A stretch of 57,732 nucleotides of DNA from Actinomycetota bacterium (GTDB lineage Bacteria; Actinomycetota; Actinomycetes; Actinomycetales; Microbacteriaceae): the NCBI GenBank assembly GCA_041179725.1, contig JBEGSY010000047.1, forward strand, positions 1-57,732, read 5' to 3'. The notes beneath the pieces are model-generated. The model saw only the letters and a program-made list of their open reading frames with translations, was not told the DNA's origin and ran no database searches. Below, piece by piece: positions 23,097 through 33,300 of the stretch. Both the position numbers and the translations under genes were made by a program. The stretch's first letter is position 1; every line of letters starts with the position of its first letter.

Positions 23097-23286
23097 TTCC
23101 AACCACTTCACGAATTTCGATAAAGAAATTACGTGCCTTCACAAAATCCACCAGGTAATCTCGATGGTCATCACATGCCGCCCAAGTCTTCCTGCGTTCA
23201 CCGCAGTGAATCATTGGGTTTGCCCAGTCGATTAGGTACCTTGCTGGCAAAGCGCAATTTGCCCTAGAGCATTTTGATTCGATCAT
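23086..23286 (-). CDS. Small conserved Cys/His-rich actinobacterial protein
   Basis: CSRANC...W-x-NP-x-IH...RRKTWAACDDH pattern; overlaps both neighbours. Confidence 0.75.
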   Translation of the reverse strand: MIESKCSRANCALPARYLIDWANPMIHCGERRKTWAACDDHRDYLVDFVKARNFFIEIREVVGNGG

Positions 23287-23579
23287 GAATCATTCTTTTC
23301 GCGAAATTGATCAGCTGAGATGGCTATTCGAGGAGCGGTAACTGCAGTTGCCTTGGCATTGGGTTTCACATCTCCACGACTATTAGCGATAACCACTGCC
23401 CAGTAGGGAAGCACGATTGCGAGAGCGAAACACACCCACATCAACCAACCCTGAACCAGAATGGCAAGCACGATGCAAACCATTCGCACCGTCATAGCGA
23501 TGGAATAGCGAATCATTCGGCTGCGGCGTTCTACTTCAGGGGATACCCCTAAGTTGGTAACGCTTTGCGGTTCGGCCAA
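23283..23579 (-). CDS. DUF3099-like membrane protein
   Basis: R-x2-RYSIAM-x2-R...LPYWAVVIAN pattern; two TM segments. Confidence 0.8.
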   Translation of the reverse strand: MAEPQSVTNLGVSPEVERRSRMIRYSIAMTVRMVCIVLAILVQGWLMWVCFALAIVLPYWAVVIANSRGDVKPNAKATAVTAPRIAISADQFREKNDS

Positions 23580-23634
23580 TGTAGCTCCGTTTCAGTCCTA
23601 AGTCCACTTTAAGTCAAACAGTAGACTTCTAGGC

Positions 23635-24342
23635 ATGACTGATAAGACCGTTTTAGTTACCGGGGGAAACCGTGGGATTGGCCGAGCAATAGCCGAAGAA
23701 TTCATCAAGCAGGGTTATCGAGTAGCAGTAACCGTTCGCTCAGGTGAGGGCCCGGCAGGTGCACTATCGGTCAAAGCTGACGTTACTGACGCAGCGTCAT
23801 TGGACGCGGCTTTTGCAGAGATCGAGTCAAAACTTGGCTCGGTTGACATCTTGGTAGCGAACGCCGGCATCACCAAGGACACGCTTTTGATGCGCATGAG
23901 CGATGAGCAGTTTGAGGAAGTTGTAAACACAAACCTCAACGGAGTATTTCGAGTAGTTAAACGCGCAAGCCTCGGCATGATCAAGAAGAAACACGGTCGC
24001 ATCGTTCTGATCGGTTCAGTCGTTGGACTGCTTGGATCTGCCGGACAGGTTAACTACTCAGCTACCAAATCTGCGCTGGTCGGAATGGCGAGATCAATCA
24101 CTCGCGAACTTGGTGGCCGAGGCATCACCGCGAACGTTGTTGCGCCAGGTTTTATCGACACAGACATGACTGCGGAGCTTCCGGAAGAAGTGCAGGCTGG
24201 TTACAAGAAACAAATTCCTGCCGGTCGATTTGCAGCACCAGAAGAAGTGGCCAAAGTAGTTGCCTGGCTTGCCGGTGACGATGCGAGCTACATCAGTGGC
24301 GCGGTAATTCCTGTCGATGGCGGCCTAGGAATGGGTCACTAG
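23635..24342 (+). CDS. fabG: 3-oxoacyl-ACP reductase
   Basis: TGGNRGIG, NAGITKD, NYSATK and VAPGFIDTDMT motifs; leaderless start 7 nt after TAGACT. Confidence 0.94.
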   Translation: MTDKTVLVTGGNRGIGRAIAEEFIKQGYRVAVTVRSGEGPAGALSVKADVTDAASLDAAFAEIESKLGSVDILVANAGITKDTLLMRMSDEQFEEVVNTNLNGVFRVVKRASLGMIKKKHGRIVLIGSVVGLLGSAGQVNYSATKSALVGMARSITRELGGRGITANVVAPGFIDTDMTAELPEEVQAGYKKQIPAGRFAAPEEVAKVVAWLAGDDASYISGAVIPVDGGLGMGH

Positions 24343-24971
24343 AGACCAAGTACGCCTATAAGGTCGGCGAGATTTCCCGAGTCGAGAACTAGGTTTGCCT
24401 TTTCTTTCACAATTGGTTTTGCATTAAATGCCACCGAAAGCGCTGCCACTTCCATCATCTCTAGATCGTTCGCGCCATCGCCAACCGCAACAGTTTGTTC
24501 AAGCTTGAAGTCTGCGCGCTGAGCCCACTCGAGAAGTGCTTCTTTCTTAGCAGTGCGATCAATGATTTTTCCAATCACTTTGCCGGTCAGCTTTCCGTCG
24601 ATAACTTCTAAGTCATTTGCTCGAGCGAAATCAAGATTCAGAATGTCAGCTAGGGGATTGAGCACCTGAGTAAAGCCTCCACTCACGGCACCGACACGCC
24701 CGCCAGCGTGATGCACTGCATCGATGAGTTCCTTTGCACCCTTAGTAATTCGAATGCGCTTGCCCACCTCATCGAAAACCGAATCAGGTAAGCCAGCAAG
24801 AGTGCTAACGCGTTCAATGAGACTTGCGGCAAAGTCAAGCTCACCCTGCATAGCGCGTTCAGTAATGGCTGCCACTTCAGCGCGCTTGCCAGCCACATCG
24901 GCCAATAATTCAATAACTTCGTCTTCGATCAGCGTTGAATCAACATCGAATACGACTAAAAGCTTTGTCAC
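24339..24971 (-). CDS. serB: Phosphoserine phosphatase
   Basis: [21 protein letters not shown] and GDGANDL motifs. Confidence 0.94.
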   Translation of the reverse strand: MTKLLVVFDVDSTLIEDEVIELLADVAGKRAEVAAITERAMQGELDFAASLIERVSTLAGLPDSVFDEVGKRIRITKGAKELIDAVHHAGGRVGAVSGGFTQVLNPLADILNLDFARANDLEVIDGKLTGKVIGKIIDRTAKKEALLEWAQRADFKLEQTVAVGDGANDLEMMEVAALSVAFNAKPIVKEKANLVLDSGNLADLIGVLGL

Positions 24972-26209
24972 GGAGTTACGAGCACACCCTTTGCTACAAC
25001 TGTGATACCGGTGTCAGTCACGGTAAAACCACGAGCAATATCACGCTCGCGGTCTACTCCAATTGAAGCACCATCTGCGACAACTACGCTCTTATCCAAG
25101 ATTGCTTTTCGAACCGTGCAGTCTCGTCCGACTTGAACGTCGTCCAAAAGCACTGAATCCGTGATTAGTGCCCTGGAATGTACTCGAACTCCGGGGGAGA
25201 CCACGCTTCTTTCGACGATTCCGCCCGATATCACGGTTCCAAGAGAGACAATCGAATCCGTTGTGCGCCCCTGGTTTCCCTCTCCATCGTGGACAAACTT
25301 CGCGGGAGGCAGATTCACCTGCTGCGTGTGAATCGGCCATTCCGAGTTGTAAAGGTTGAATACCGGCATCACCGAAATTAAGTCCATGTGCGATTCGTAG
25401 TAAGACTCGATGGTACCGACATCGCGCCAGTAGGAGTGATCACGTTCAGTACTGCCCGGGATTTCGTTGAAAGTGAAGTCATAAACACCGGCGTCTTCAC
25501 GAGAAACCATATAAGGAATGATGTCGCCACCCATGTCATGTGATGAATCTTCGAGAGTGCCATCGTGTTCAATAGCGTCAATAAGTGCCTGTGCCGAAAA
25601 TACGTAGTTACCCATGGAAACTAATGCTTCGTTGGGAGCATCGATTAGTGGTTTTGGATCTGCAGGCTTTTCGCGGAATGCAGCAATTTTGGTGGCATTG
25701 TCATCGTCGACCTCAATCACGCCGAATTGAGTTGCAAGACTGATTGGCTGGCGAATAGCAGCAACGGTAACACCACGTCCAGACTCGATATGAGCCTGAA
25801 TCATTTGGTCAAAGTCCATACGGTAAACGTGATCTGCGCCGACTATTACAACAATGTCTGGACGCTCGTCGCTGAGCAGGTTCATGCTTTGCAAGATTGC
25901 ATCCGCTGAGCCTGAGAACCAACGCTTTCCTAGTCGCTGCTGAGCAGGAACCGAAGCTACGTAAGATCCGAGTAGCGGAGACATACGCCAGAGCTGAGAG
26001 ATGTGGCGGTCTAGTGAGTGTGACTTGTATTGTGTGAGGACCACAATGCGTCGCAAACCTGAGTTGATCAGATTCGAAAGAGCAAAGTCAATCAGTCGAT
26101 AACTTCCACCAAATGGCACAGCAGGTTTAGCTCGATCTGCGGTCAGCGGCATGAGGCGTTTGCCTTCGCCTCCAGCTAAGACCATTCCAAATACACGTGG
26201 ATTGCTCAT
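24968..26209 (-). CDS. glgC: Glucose-1-phosphate adenylyltransferase
   Basis: [27 protein letters not shown] and YWRDVGT motifs; start ATG 26209. Confidence 0.97.
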   Translation of the reverse strand: MSNPRVFGMVLAGGEGKRLMPLTADRAKPAVPFGGSYRLIDFALSNLINSGLRRIVVLTQYKSHSLDRHISQLWRMSPLLGSYVASVPAQQRLGKRWFSGSADAILQSMNLLSDERPDIVVIVGADHVYRMDFDQMIQAHIESGRGVTVAAIRQPISLATQFGVIEVDDDNATKIAAFREKPADPKPLIDAPNEALVSMGNYVFSAQALIDAIEHDGTLEDSSHDMGGDIIPYMVSREDAGVYDFTFNEIPGSTERDHSYWRDVGTIESYYESHMDLISVMPVFNLYNSEWPIHTQQVNLPPAKFVHDGEGNQGRTTDSIVSLGTVISGGIVERSVVSPGVRVHSRALITDSVLLDDVQVGRDCTVRKAILDKSVVVADGASIGVDRERDIARGFTVTDTGITVVAKGVLVTP

Positions 26210-26254
26210 ATTCAAAATGTTATTGCGAATTACGAACACCAGTAACATTTGGAT

Positions 26255-27445
26255 ATGAGGATCGACTTAATCACTAAGGAATATCCGCCGTTCATTTATG
26301 GCGGAGCGGGCGTACATGTCGCTGAATTAGTGAAAGTTCTGCGCAAACAGACCGAGGTAAAGGTCAGATGTTTCGGCGAGGAACGTAATGAAACCGATAC
26401 ATTCTCATATTCACACGGGTCAGATTTCAATGCGGCCAATGGTGCCTTACAGACCATGGCAACTGACCTAAACATGGTGGCTGACATTGCCGGGGCTGAC
26501 CTGGTGCACAGTCACACCTGGTACGCGAATTTCGCTGGCCACGTTGCCGGAACTCTTCACGGGATTCCTCACCTTATTACTGCGCACAGTCTCGAACCAC
26601 TGCGACCTTGGAAAGAGGAGCAACTTGGCGGAGGCTACCGACTTTCTTCTTGGGTAGAGCGCACAGCGTATGAAGGCGCCACAAAGATTATTGCGGTAAG
26701 TGCCGGCATGCGCGCAGACATACTTCGTGCCTATCCGCAGATAAGTCCTGACAAAGTTGTCGTGGTGCACAACGGAATCGATTTGGATGCTTTCCAATCT
26801 GCAAACAACCCCGAATTAGTTCGAGCCAATGGAATTGATCCAGACCAACGAAGTGTCGTGTTTGTTGGTCGCATCACTCAGCAAAAAGGTTTGCCATACC
26901 TACTCAAGGCAGCACGAGAGCTACCTGCCGATGTTCAGCTTGTGCTTTGTGCTGGGGCACCTGATACTCCTCAGATTCTTGCCGAAGTTACTTCGCTAGT
27001 TGAAGAGCTGCGAAAAGTGCGTGAGAACGTTATTTGGGTTGAGAAACATCTAAGTAGAGCGGAACTTATCGCGGTTCTTTCTTCAGCGACTGTCTTCGCA
27101 TGCCCAAGCATCTACGAACCGCTCGGCATAGTGAACCTAGAAGCTATGGCTTGTGGAATTCCAGTCGTGGCGACTGCGACTGGTGGAATCCCGGAGGTTG
27201 TGGCACACAACGAAACTGGACTTTTGGTGCCGATCGAACAAGTCATGGATGGCAGCGGCAAACCACTTGATGAAAAGAAATTTGTTGCTGATTTTGCAAA
27301 TGCTTTAAATGAGATGCTGGCAAATCCAAATATTGAAAGTTTTGGAAAGTCCGGTAGGCAGCGAGTCGAACAGCACTTCAGCTGGGAGAGTATTGCCGAG
27401 CAAACTTTGAGCGTGTATCGCAGCGCAATCCGGGATTTCAAATAG
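26255..27445 (+). CDS. glgA: Actinobacterial GlgA/GlgM (GT4 maltose-1-phosphate synthase)
   Basis: EYPP-x2-[33 protein letters not shown] and [11 protein letters not shown] motifs; divergent from glgC. Confidence 0.94.
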   Translation: MRIDLITKEYPPFIYGGAGVHVAELVKVLRKQTEVKVRCFGEERNETDTFSYSHGSDFNAANGALQTMATDLNMVADIAGADLVHSHTWYANFAGHVAGTLHGIPHLITAHSLEPLRPWKEEQLGGGYRLSSWVERTAYEGATKIIAVSAGMRADILRAYPQISPDKVVVVHNGIDLDAFQSANNPELVRANGIDPDQRSVVFVGRITQQKGLPYLLKAARELPADVQLVLCAGAPDTPQILAEVTSLVEELRKVRENVIWVEKHLSRAELIAVLSSATVFACPSIYEPLGIVNLEAMACGIPVVATATGGIPEVVAHNETGLLVPIEQVMDGSGKPLDEKKFVADFANALNEMLANPNIESFGKSGRQRVEQHFSWESIAEQTLSVYRSAIRDFK

Positions 27446-27454
27446 GCTCTTGGC

Positions 27455-28240
27455 ATGTCTCGCGTCATCGATCTAAACAATGTAACGGTTACTCGCAATG
27501 GCAAAGCCATCCTTAGCAATGTCGATTGGCAGGTCGAGTCAAATCAGCGCTGGGTAGTAATCGGGCCAAATGGTGCCGGAAAAACAACCCTACTTCGCGT
27601 TGCCGCTGCTCAACTCCACCCGTCGAGCGGGCAGGCAAGAATCTTGGAAGCCGAAATTGGCAAGGTGAACGTTTTTGAACTTCGTACCCGCCTAGGATTC
27701 GCTTCAACTTCTTTGGCTAACCACATTCCTAACTCTGAAACCGTGTTGAATTCGGTCTTGACCGCAAGCTACGGCATCACTGGTCGCTGGAACGAAGAAT
27801 ACGACGATGTCGACATCCGACGAGCCCACCGTGTTCTCAATGAGTGGAAACTAGGTGAACTCGCGGATCGGGCTTTTGGCACTCTGAGCGATGGCGAAAA
27901 GAAGCGCACACAGATTGCGCGAGCAGTTATGACTGATCCCGAGCTACTTCTTCTTGATGAGCCAGTGGCAAGCCTGGACCTAGCCGCTCGTGAACAGACC
28001 ATCGCTCTAATCAGCGCTTATGCCACTGAGGCGGCCGCACCAGCCATTGTTATGGTCACACACCACCTCGAGGAAATTCCGGCTGGATTTACCCACGCCC
28101 TCGTTCTTAGCGAGGGACAGGTCTATTCGGCCGGTGAAATCGGCCAAACCCTAACCAGTGACAAGCTCTCCGAAGCCTATGGAATCGGGATTTCCGTGGA
28201 CTTCTCAGAGGGACGTTACAGGGCACGATTTAGGGGCTAG
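27455..28240 (+). CDS. ABC transporter ATP-binding protein (no adjacent permease)
   Basis: GPNGAGKT, LSDGEKKR, LLLDEP and VTHHLEE motifs. Confidence 0.9.
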   Translation: MSRVIDLNNVTVTRNGKAILSNVDWQVESNQRWVVIGPNGAGKTTLLRVAAAQLHPSSGQARILEAEIGKVNVFELRTRLGFASTSLANHIPNSETVLNSVLTASYGITGRWNEEYDDVDIRRAHRVLNEWKLGELADRAFGTLSDGEKKRTQIARAVMTDPELLLLDEPVASLDLAAREQTIALISAYATEAAAPAIVMVTHHLEEIPAGFTHALVLSEGQVYSAGEIGQTLTSDKLSEAYGIGISVDFSEGRYRARFRG

Positions 28241-28259
28241 TACTTTAGAGGCAAAGCGC

Positions 28260-28288
28260 TGGCATTGAGCCAAATGCTTTGGTATGCT
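28260..28288 (+). promoter_or_regulatory. Housekeeping promoter of rpmE2
   Basis: TGGCAT-N17-TATGCT, with TGG immediately before the -10. Confidence 0.5.
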
Positions 28289-28341
28289 TGACCCTTGGTG
28301 CCATCGCACCGACAATCTAGTAAATATCAAGGAAGTTTCGC

Positions 28342-28590
28342 ATGAAGGCTGACATTCACCCAAAGTACGAACCAATCGTTTTCCGCGACTTGGCTTCGGG
28401 TGTAGCGTTCTTGACTCGTTCAACCGTTACCAGCAGCAAGACCATTGAGTGGGAAGACGGTAACACCTACCCAGTTTTCGACGTGGAAATCTCTTCACAG
28501 TCGCACCCGTTCTACACAGGCAAGCAGCGCATCATGGATGCAGCAGGTCGTGTTGAGCGCTTCAACGCACGTTACAAGAACTTCAGCTAA
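28342..28590 (+). CDS. rpmE2: 50S ribosomal protein L31 type B
   Basis: [15 protein letters not shown] and [10 protein letters not shown] motifs; no cysteines. Confidence 0.96.
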   Translation: MKADIHPKYEPIVFRDLASGVAFLTRSTVTSSKTIEWEDGNTYPVFDVEISSQSHPFYTGKQRIMDAAGRVERFNARYKNFS

Positions 28591-28596
28591 AGATTT

Positions 28597-28637
28597 AAAC
28601 AAAAAACCCCAACCATTGGTTGGGGTTTTTTGTTTTT
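28597..28637. terminator. Bidirectional intrinsic terminator between rpmE2 and the exonuclease
   Basis: AAACAAAAAACCCCAACC-att-GGTTGGGGTTTTTTGTTT, an 18-bp perfect inverted repeat. Confidence 0.92.
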
Positions 28638-29343
28638 AATTCTTAAGTGGCCAGCCAGGGCTTGGCTTGAAATCTTTGTCAACGTTTTCGATCATCCATT
28701 TGCTAAAGCTCTCATCGATTTCTTTGGCCCAACCAATTTGCGAATCGTGAAGTTCTTGTGCCGAAGCGGGAACTTTTTCGGCGTGAGACTTCAGAACCGC
28801 CAACGCAACCCGACCTGCAGCAATGGCATCGGCTTTGGAGTTGTGGGCATCGTCTAGCGGTACCTGATAGTGCTCAGCTACGATTTCAAGTTTTCGCTTT
28901 CCACGACGGTACTTGTCGTAGGTCTTGTCGATAACCAGTGGATCGAGAATCGGGGACGGAGAATTCAAGGGAGTAAGACCGAGAGCAATTGCTTGGTGAT
29001 GCAAAATGGTGAAGTCATATGGTGCGTTATAGGCAACAACAGGAATCCCACGTTCGAAGCAGTCACGCAAAACTTCAATGATTTCGCCAACAACTTCTTT
29101 GTAGTTACGTCCGCGTTCGCGAGCAATTTCTGTAGTGATGCCATGAACATTCGAAGCAGTCTCAGGAATCTCAATTTCGGGATCGGCAAGCCACTCATCA
29201 CGGTCGACTACAACCTGTCCGCTCGAGTCAAGTTCAACCACGGTTGCTGTAACGATGCGGGCCGTTTGAAGATCTAGTCCAGTTGTTTCGGTGTCAAACA
29301 CCGCAATACGATTTGCCCAGCTTGGCAATTGAATATCATTCAC
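28636..29343 (-). CDS. DEDDh 3'-5' exonuclease (DnaQ/Pol III epsilon-like)
   Basis: FDTETTG, HGIT, AYNAPYD and AHNSKADA motifs. Probable leaderless GTG 29343, 6 nt after TAGCCT. Confidence 0.9.
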   Translation of the reverse strand: MNDIQLPSWANRIAVFDTETTGLDLQTARIVTATVVELDSSGQVVVDRDEWLADPEIEIPETASNVHGITTEIARERGRNYKEVVGEIIEVLRDCFERGIPVVAYNAPYDFTILHHQAIALGLTPLNSPSPILDPLVIDKTYDKYRRGKRKLEIVAEHYQVPLDDAHNSKADAIAAGRVALAVLKSHAEKVPASAQELHDSQIGWAKEIDESFSKWMIENVDKDFKPSPGWPLKN

Positions 29344-29349
29344 AGACAA

Positions 29350-29371
29350 AGGCTACTTGGCATCTCAGACA
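29350..29371 (-). promoter_or_regulatory. PafBC-type (RecA-NDp-like) promoter
   Basis: Minus strand reads TGTCTG-N10-TAGCCT-N6-GTG. Confidence 0.6.
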
Positions 29372-30280
29372 TCAACACAAACCAGCACCGCGCGCCACCT
29401 CAATGGCTGCTTTGGCAAGATTCAAGCTGAAAATATGTACCCCAGGCGCACCGGCAGCAATTAGTCCTTGCGTTAGTTCGATGGTGTAATCCATACCAAT
29501 TACTCTCGCTTGATCCTCACTGGCATTCTCGAGTTGGACAGCAAGCTCTTTCGGAATTGTTGCGTGACTCATATCGGCCATTCGCATGATTCGTGCTGCA
29601 TTTGTAATCGGCATAACACCAGGGATAATCGGCATGGTTGAACCAGCCTTTTTTGCAGTGGCCACTAGGTCCAAGTAAGCGTCGACTGTAAAAAACAACT
29701 GAGTCATCGCATAGCTGGCGCCAGCTGACTGCTTTAGTGCAAGCACTTCGGCATCGTGCGCCATATTTGGTGATTCTGGATGCACCTCTGGGAATGCGGC
29801 TACGCCTATTTCTAAGTCAGTTTCTGCGCGAACAAGGGAGACCAAATCCAGAGCGGTTTTCAGCTCGCCCTTAGCTAGTGCATCGGGATCGCCGATTGGT
29901 GAATCACCGCGCAGAGCAAGGATTGATTGGACTCCCGCATCTTCAAAGCGGCTAATAATCTCCCGAGTTCCAGCGAAAGTCGAGCCAACGCAGGTGAGAT
30001 GCCCAATCGTCAAAATGTCTTTTGCCATGCGATCAACCACGCCCAGCGAAGTTTCGCGGTTTGAACCTCCGGCCCCATAAGTTACCGACACAAAATCGGG
30101 GGACACCTCAAGTAATTTTTCGTAACTACGCCAGAGCGTGGCTGCGCCTTCTTTATCCTTAGGAGGGAAAAACTCGAAAGAGAGCGATGGCTGCTGCTGT
30201 AAACCCCTAGCAGTAAGTACCTCAAAAACTGAATCGGCCGGTGTGGTCGCCGGTTGACGAATCAGGGGGTAATCAGGCAT
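29372..30280 (-). CDS. metF: Methylenetetrahydrofolate reductase
   Basis: SFEFFPPK, SVTYGAGGS, HLTCVG, LALRGD and TQLFF motifs. Confidence 0.95.
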   Translation of the reverse strand: MPDYPLIRQPATTPADSVFEVLTARGLQQQPSLSFEFFPPKDKEGAATLWRSYEKLLEVSPDFVSVTYGAGGSNRETSLGVVDRMAKDILTIGHLTCVGSTFAGTREIISRFEDAGVQSILALRGDSPIGDPDALAKGELKTALDLVSLVRAETDLEIGVAAFPEVHPESPNMAHDAEVLALKQSAGASYAMTQLFFTVDAYLDLVATAKKAGSTMPIIPGVMPITNAARIMRMADMSHATIPKELAVQLENASEDQARVIGMDYTIELTQGLIAAGAPGVHIFSLNLAKAAIEVARGAGLC

Positions 30281-30336
30281 TGGACAAGTTTATCCCGACC
30301 TTTATCTTGATTAGGGGCAAAGGTAGACTTGACCCA

Positions 30337-33300
30337 GTGAATCCCAGATCTCAAGCCCTACTAGACGCCGTTCGTTCGCGCGTCGTTGTTGCCGATGGCG
30401 CGATGGGCACAATGATCCAAGACGCAGCCCCAACTCTGGAAGATTTTCAAAACTTCGAGGGCTGCAATGAGATTCTTAATGTCACCAGACCTGAGCTAAT
30501 TGCCAGTATCCACGCACAGTACTTGAAGGCTGGTGCTGAGGCTATTGAGACCAACACCTTTGGCGCAAACTTCGCCAACCTAGCTGAATACGACATTGTT
30601 GAGCGGGTTTATGAATTGGCATACGCAGGAGCCAAAGTGGCGCGCGACATTGCGGACGATTTTTCTACAGAGGACAAACCTCGGTGGGTACTGGGGTCAC
30701 TCGGTCCTGGTACCAAGCTTCCTTCGCTTGGTCACGAAAAGTTTTCGGTACTTCGAAATGCATATCAGGATGCTGCGCGCGGTCTGCTCGACGGTGGAGC
30801 AGATGCAATCCTCATCGAGACAGTTCAAGACTTGCTTCAAGCGAAGAGTGCGATTATCGGCGCGAAGCGCGCAATGATCGACAAGAAGATTCCGATTTTT
30901 GTTTCGGTCACTATCGAAACTACCGGCACTATGTTGCTCGGCAGTGAAATCGGTGCTGCGTTGACCGCGATACAGGCGCTCGGAGTGGACGCCATTGGTC
31001 TGAATTGCGCTACCGGGCCAACCGAAATGAGCGAACACCTGCGCTACCTTTCTAAATTCTCGCAACTTCCGATTGTTTGTATGCCGAACGCAGGATTACC
31101 AATTCTTGGTCCTCACGGCGCTCACTATCCGTTAACGCCACTGGAGCTTGGTGCCGCCCACCTGCAATTCGTGAAGGAATACGGTCTCGGTCTCATCGGT
31201 GGTTGCTGTGGTACCACGCCAACTCACATTGAAGAATTAGCTGCGATTGTTGCCAATCAGCAACCGGCAGAACGTCAGATTATTGATGATCCGGGATTGT
31301 CCTCGCTTTACCAACATCAACCTTTTGATCAAACTATGACTTACCTCTCGATTGGCGAGCGTACCAACGCCAATGGATCAAAAGCTTTCCGTGAGGCGAT
31401 GCTTGCCGAAAACTGGGACGAATGTATCGAAATCGCTCGATCCCAAACGCGTGAAGGCGCACACCTTCTTGACGTTTGTGTCGACTACGTTGGGCGTGAT
31501 GGGGTTCGCGATGCACGAGAATTGGTGAGTCGACTCGCCACAGCAACCACACTTCCGCTAGTTCTCGATTCAACCGAACCAGCAGTTCTTGAAGCTGGCC
31601 TCGAATGCATGGGTGGCCGAGCCATGATCAACTCTGTCAACTACGAGGACGGCGATGGGCCAAACTCTCGTTTTGCGCGAATCATGCCAATCGTCAAAGA
31701 ACACGGTGCAGCAGTCGTGGCTCTGACTATTGATGAAGAAGGTCAGGCCAGAACCGCAGAGACGAAGTTTGCTATTGCAAGCCGCCTGATTAATGACCTC
31801 ACCAGCAACTGGAACATGCAACTGGTTGACATCACAGTCGACACCCTAACCTTTCCAATTGCCACTGGTCAGGATGAAACTAGACGCGATGGCATCGAAA
31901 CAATCGAGGCAATTCGCCGTCTAAACGAGGCTTTCCCAGGTGTGCAAACCACACTCGGAATATCAAATATTTCATTTGGTCTATCGCCGGCCGCTAGACA
32001 CGTACTGAACTCAGTTTTCTTGCACGAGTGCGTTCAGGTTGGGCTGACCAGTGCAATTGTTCACGCTGCTCGAATCATGCCGCTAAACCAAATTCCTGAG
32101 CATCAGCTAACCGCGGCTCTCGACCTGGTTTATGACCGTCGCGAATACGATGAAGATGGAAACGTTTCCTTTGATCCACTAACCAAGTTTTTGGATGTTT
32201 TCGCCGGTGTTGACAGCGCATCTGCAAAGCAAACCCGTGCCGCAGAATTGGCGGCACTGCCAATTGATGAACGACTCGAACGACGCATCATCGATGGCGA
32301 GAAAAAGGGCCTCGAGGCAGACCTAGATGAAGCGTTAGGAAATGGCCGCAGTGCTCTAGAAATTATCAATGAAAACTTACTGAAGGGCATGCAGGTAGTT
32401 GGCGAGCTTTTCGGCAAAGGTGAAATGCAATTGCCATTCGTTTTGCAGTCAGCCGAGGTTATGAAAACCGCTGTCGCACATCTCGAACCATTCATTGAAA
32501 AAACCGAGGACACCGGCAAGGGACGAATCCTGCTTGCAACAGTTCGTGGCGATGTACATGACATTGGCAAGAACCTGGTTGATATCATTCTCAGCAATAA
32601 CGGTTTTGAGACTGTAAACATTGGAATCAAGCAACCAATCAACGAAATTTTGCGCGCAGCTGAAGAAAATAATGTCGATGTCATCGGTATGAGTGGGCTT
32701 TTAGTGAAGTCGACTCAAATCATGAAAGAAAACCTCGAGGAAATGAACCAGCGTGGCATCGCCACTCGCTGGCCGGTTATTCTCGGAGGTGCCGCGCTAA
32801 CCCGCTCATTTGTGGAGCAAGACCTGGCCGAGATTTATGAAGGCCAAGTCCGCTATGCCCGCGATGCCTTCGAAGGTCTAAAGCTCATGGATGCGCTTGT
32901 GCGAATCAAACGCGGCGACGAGACCGTATCACTTCCACCTCTTAAGAAACGAGTGGTATCACCGCACGCGGTATTAGCGAGAACCGAACCGGATCAGGTT
33001 CCAAATCGAAGTAACGTGGCCAGCGACAATGACATTCCAAATCCACCGTTTTGGGGAACACGTGTGGTCAAGGGCATCGCACTTCGCGACTATTCATCAT
33101 TCCTTGATGAACGCGCAACATTCATGGGGCAGTGGGGACTAAAGCCAGGTCGCGGTGATTCAGGCGCAAGCTATGAAGAACTGGTTGAGACGGAGGGTCG
33201 ACCTCGACTTCGATACTGGCTCGAACGCCTGCAAACCGAAAACTTGCTCGAAGCGTCTGTCGTGTACGGATACTTCCCAGCGGTTAGCGAAGGCAATGAC

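Noticed and set aside
30281-30336. SAM or cobalamin riboswitch at metF/metH
   Set aside because: The gap is only 56 bp and is filled by two leaderless promoters; no aptamer motifs are visible.
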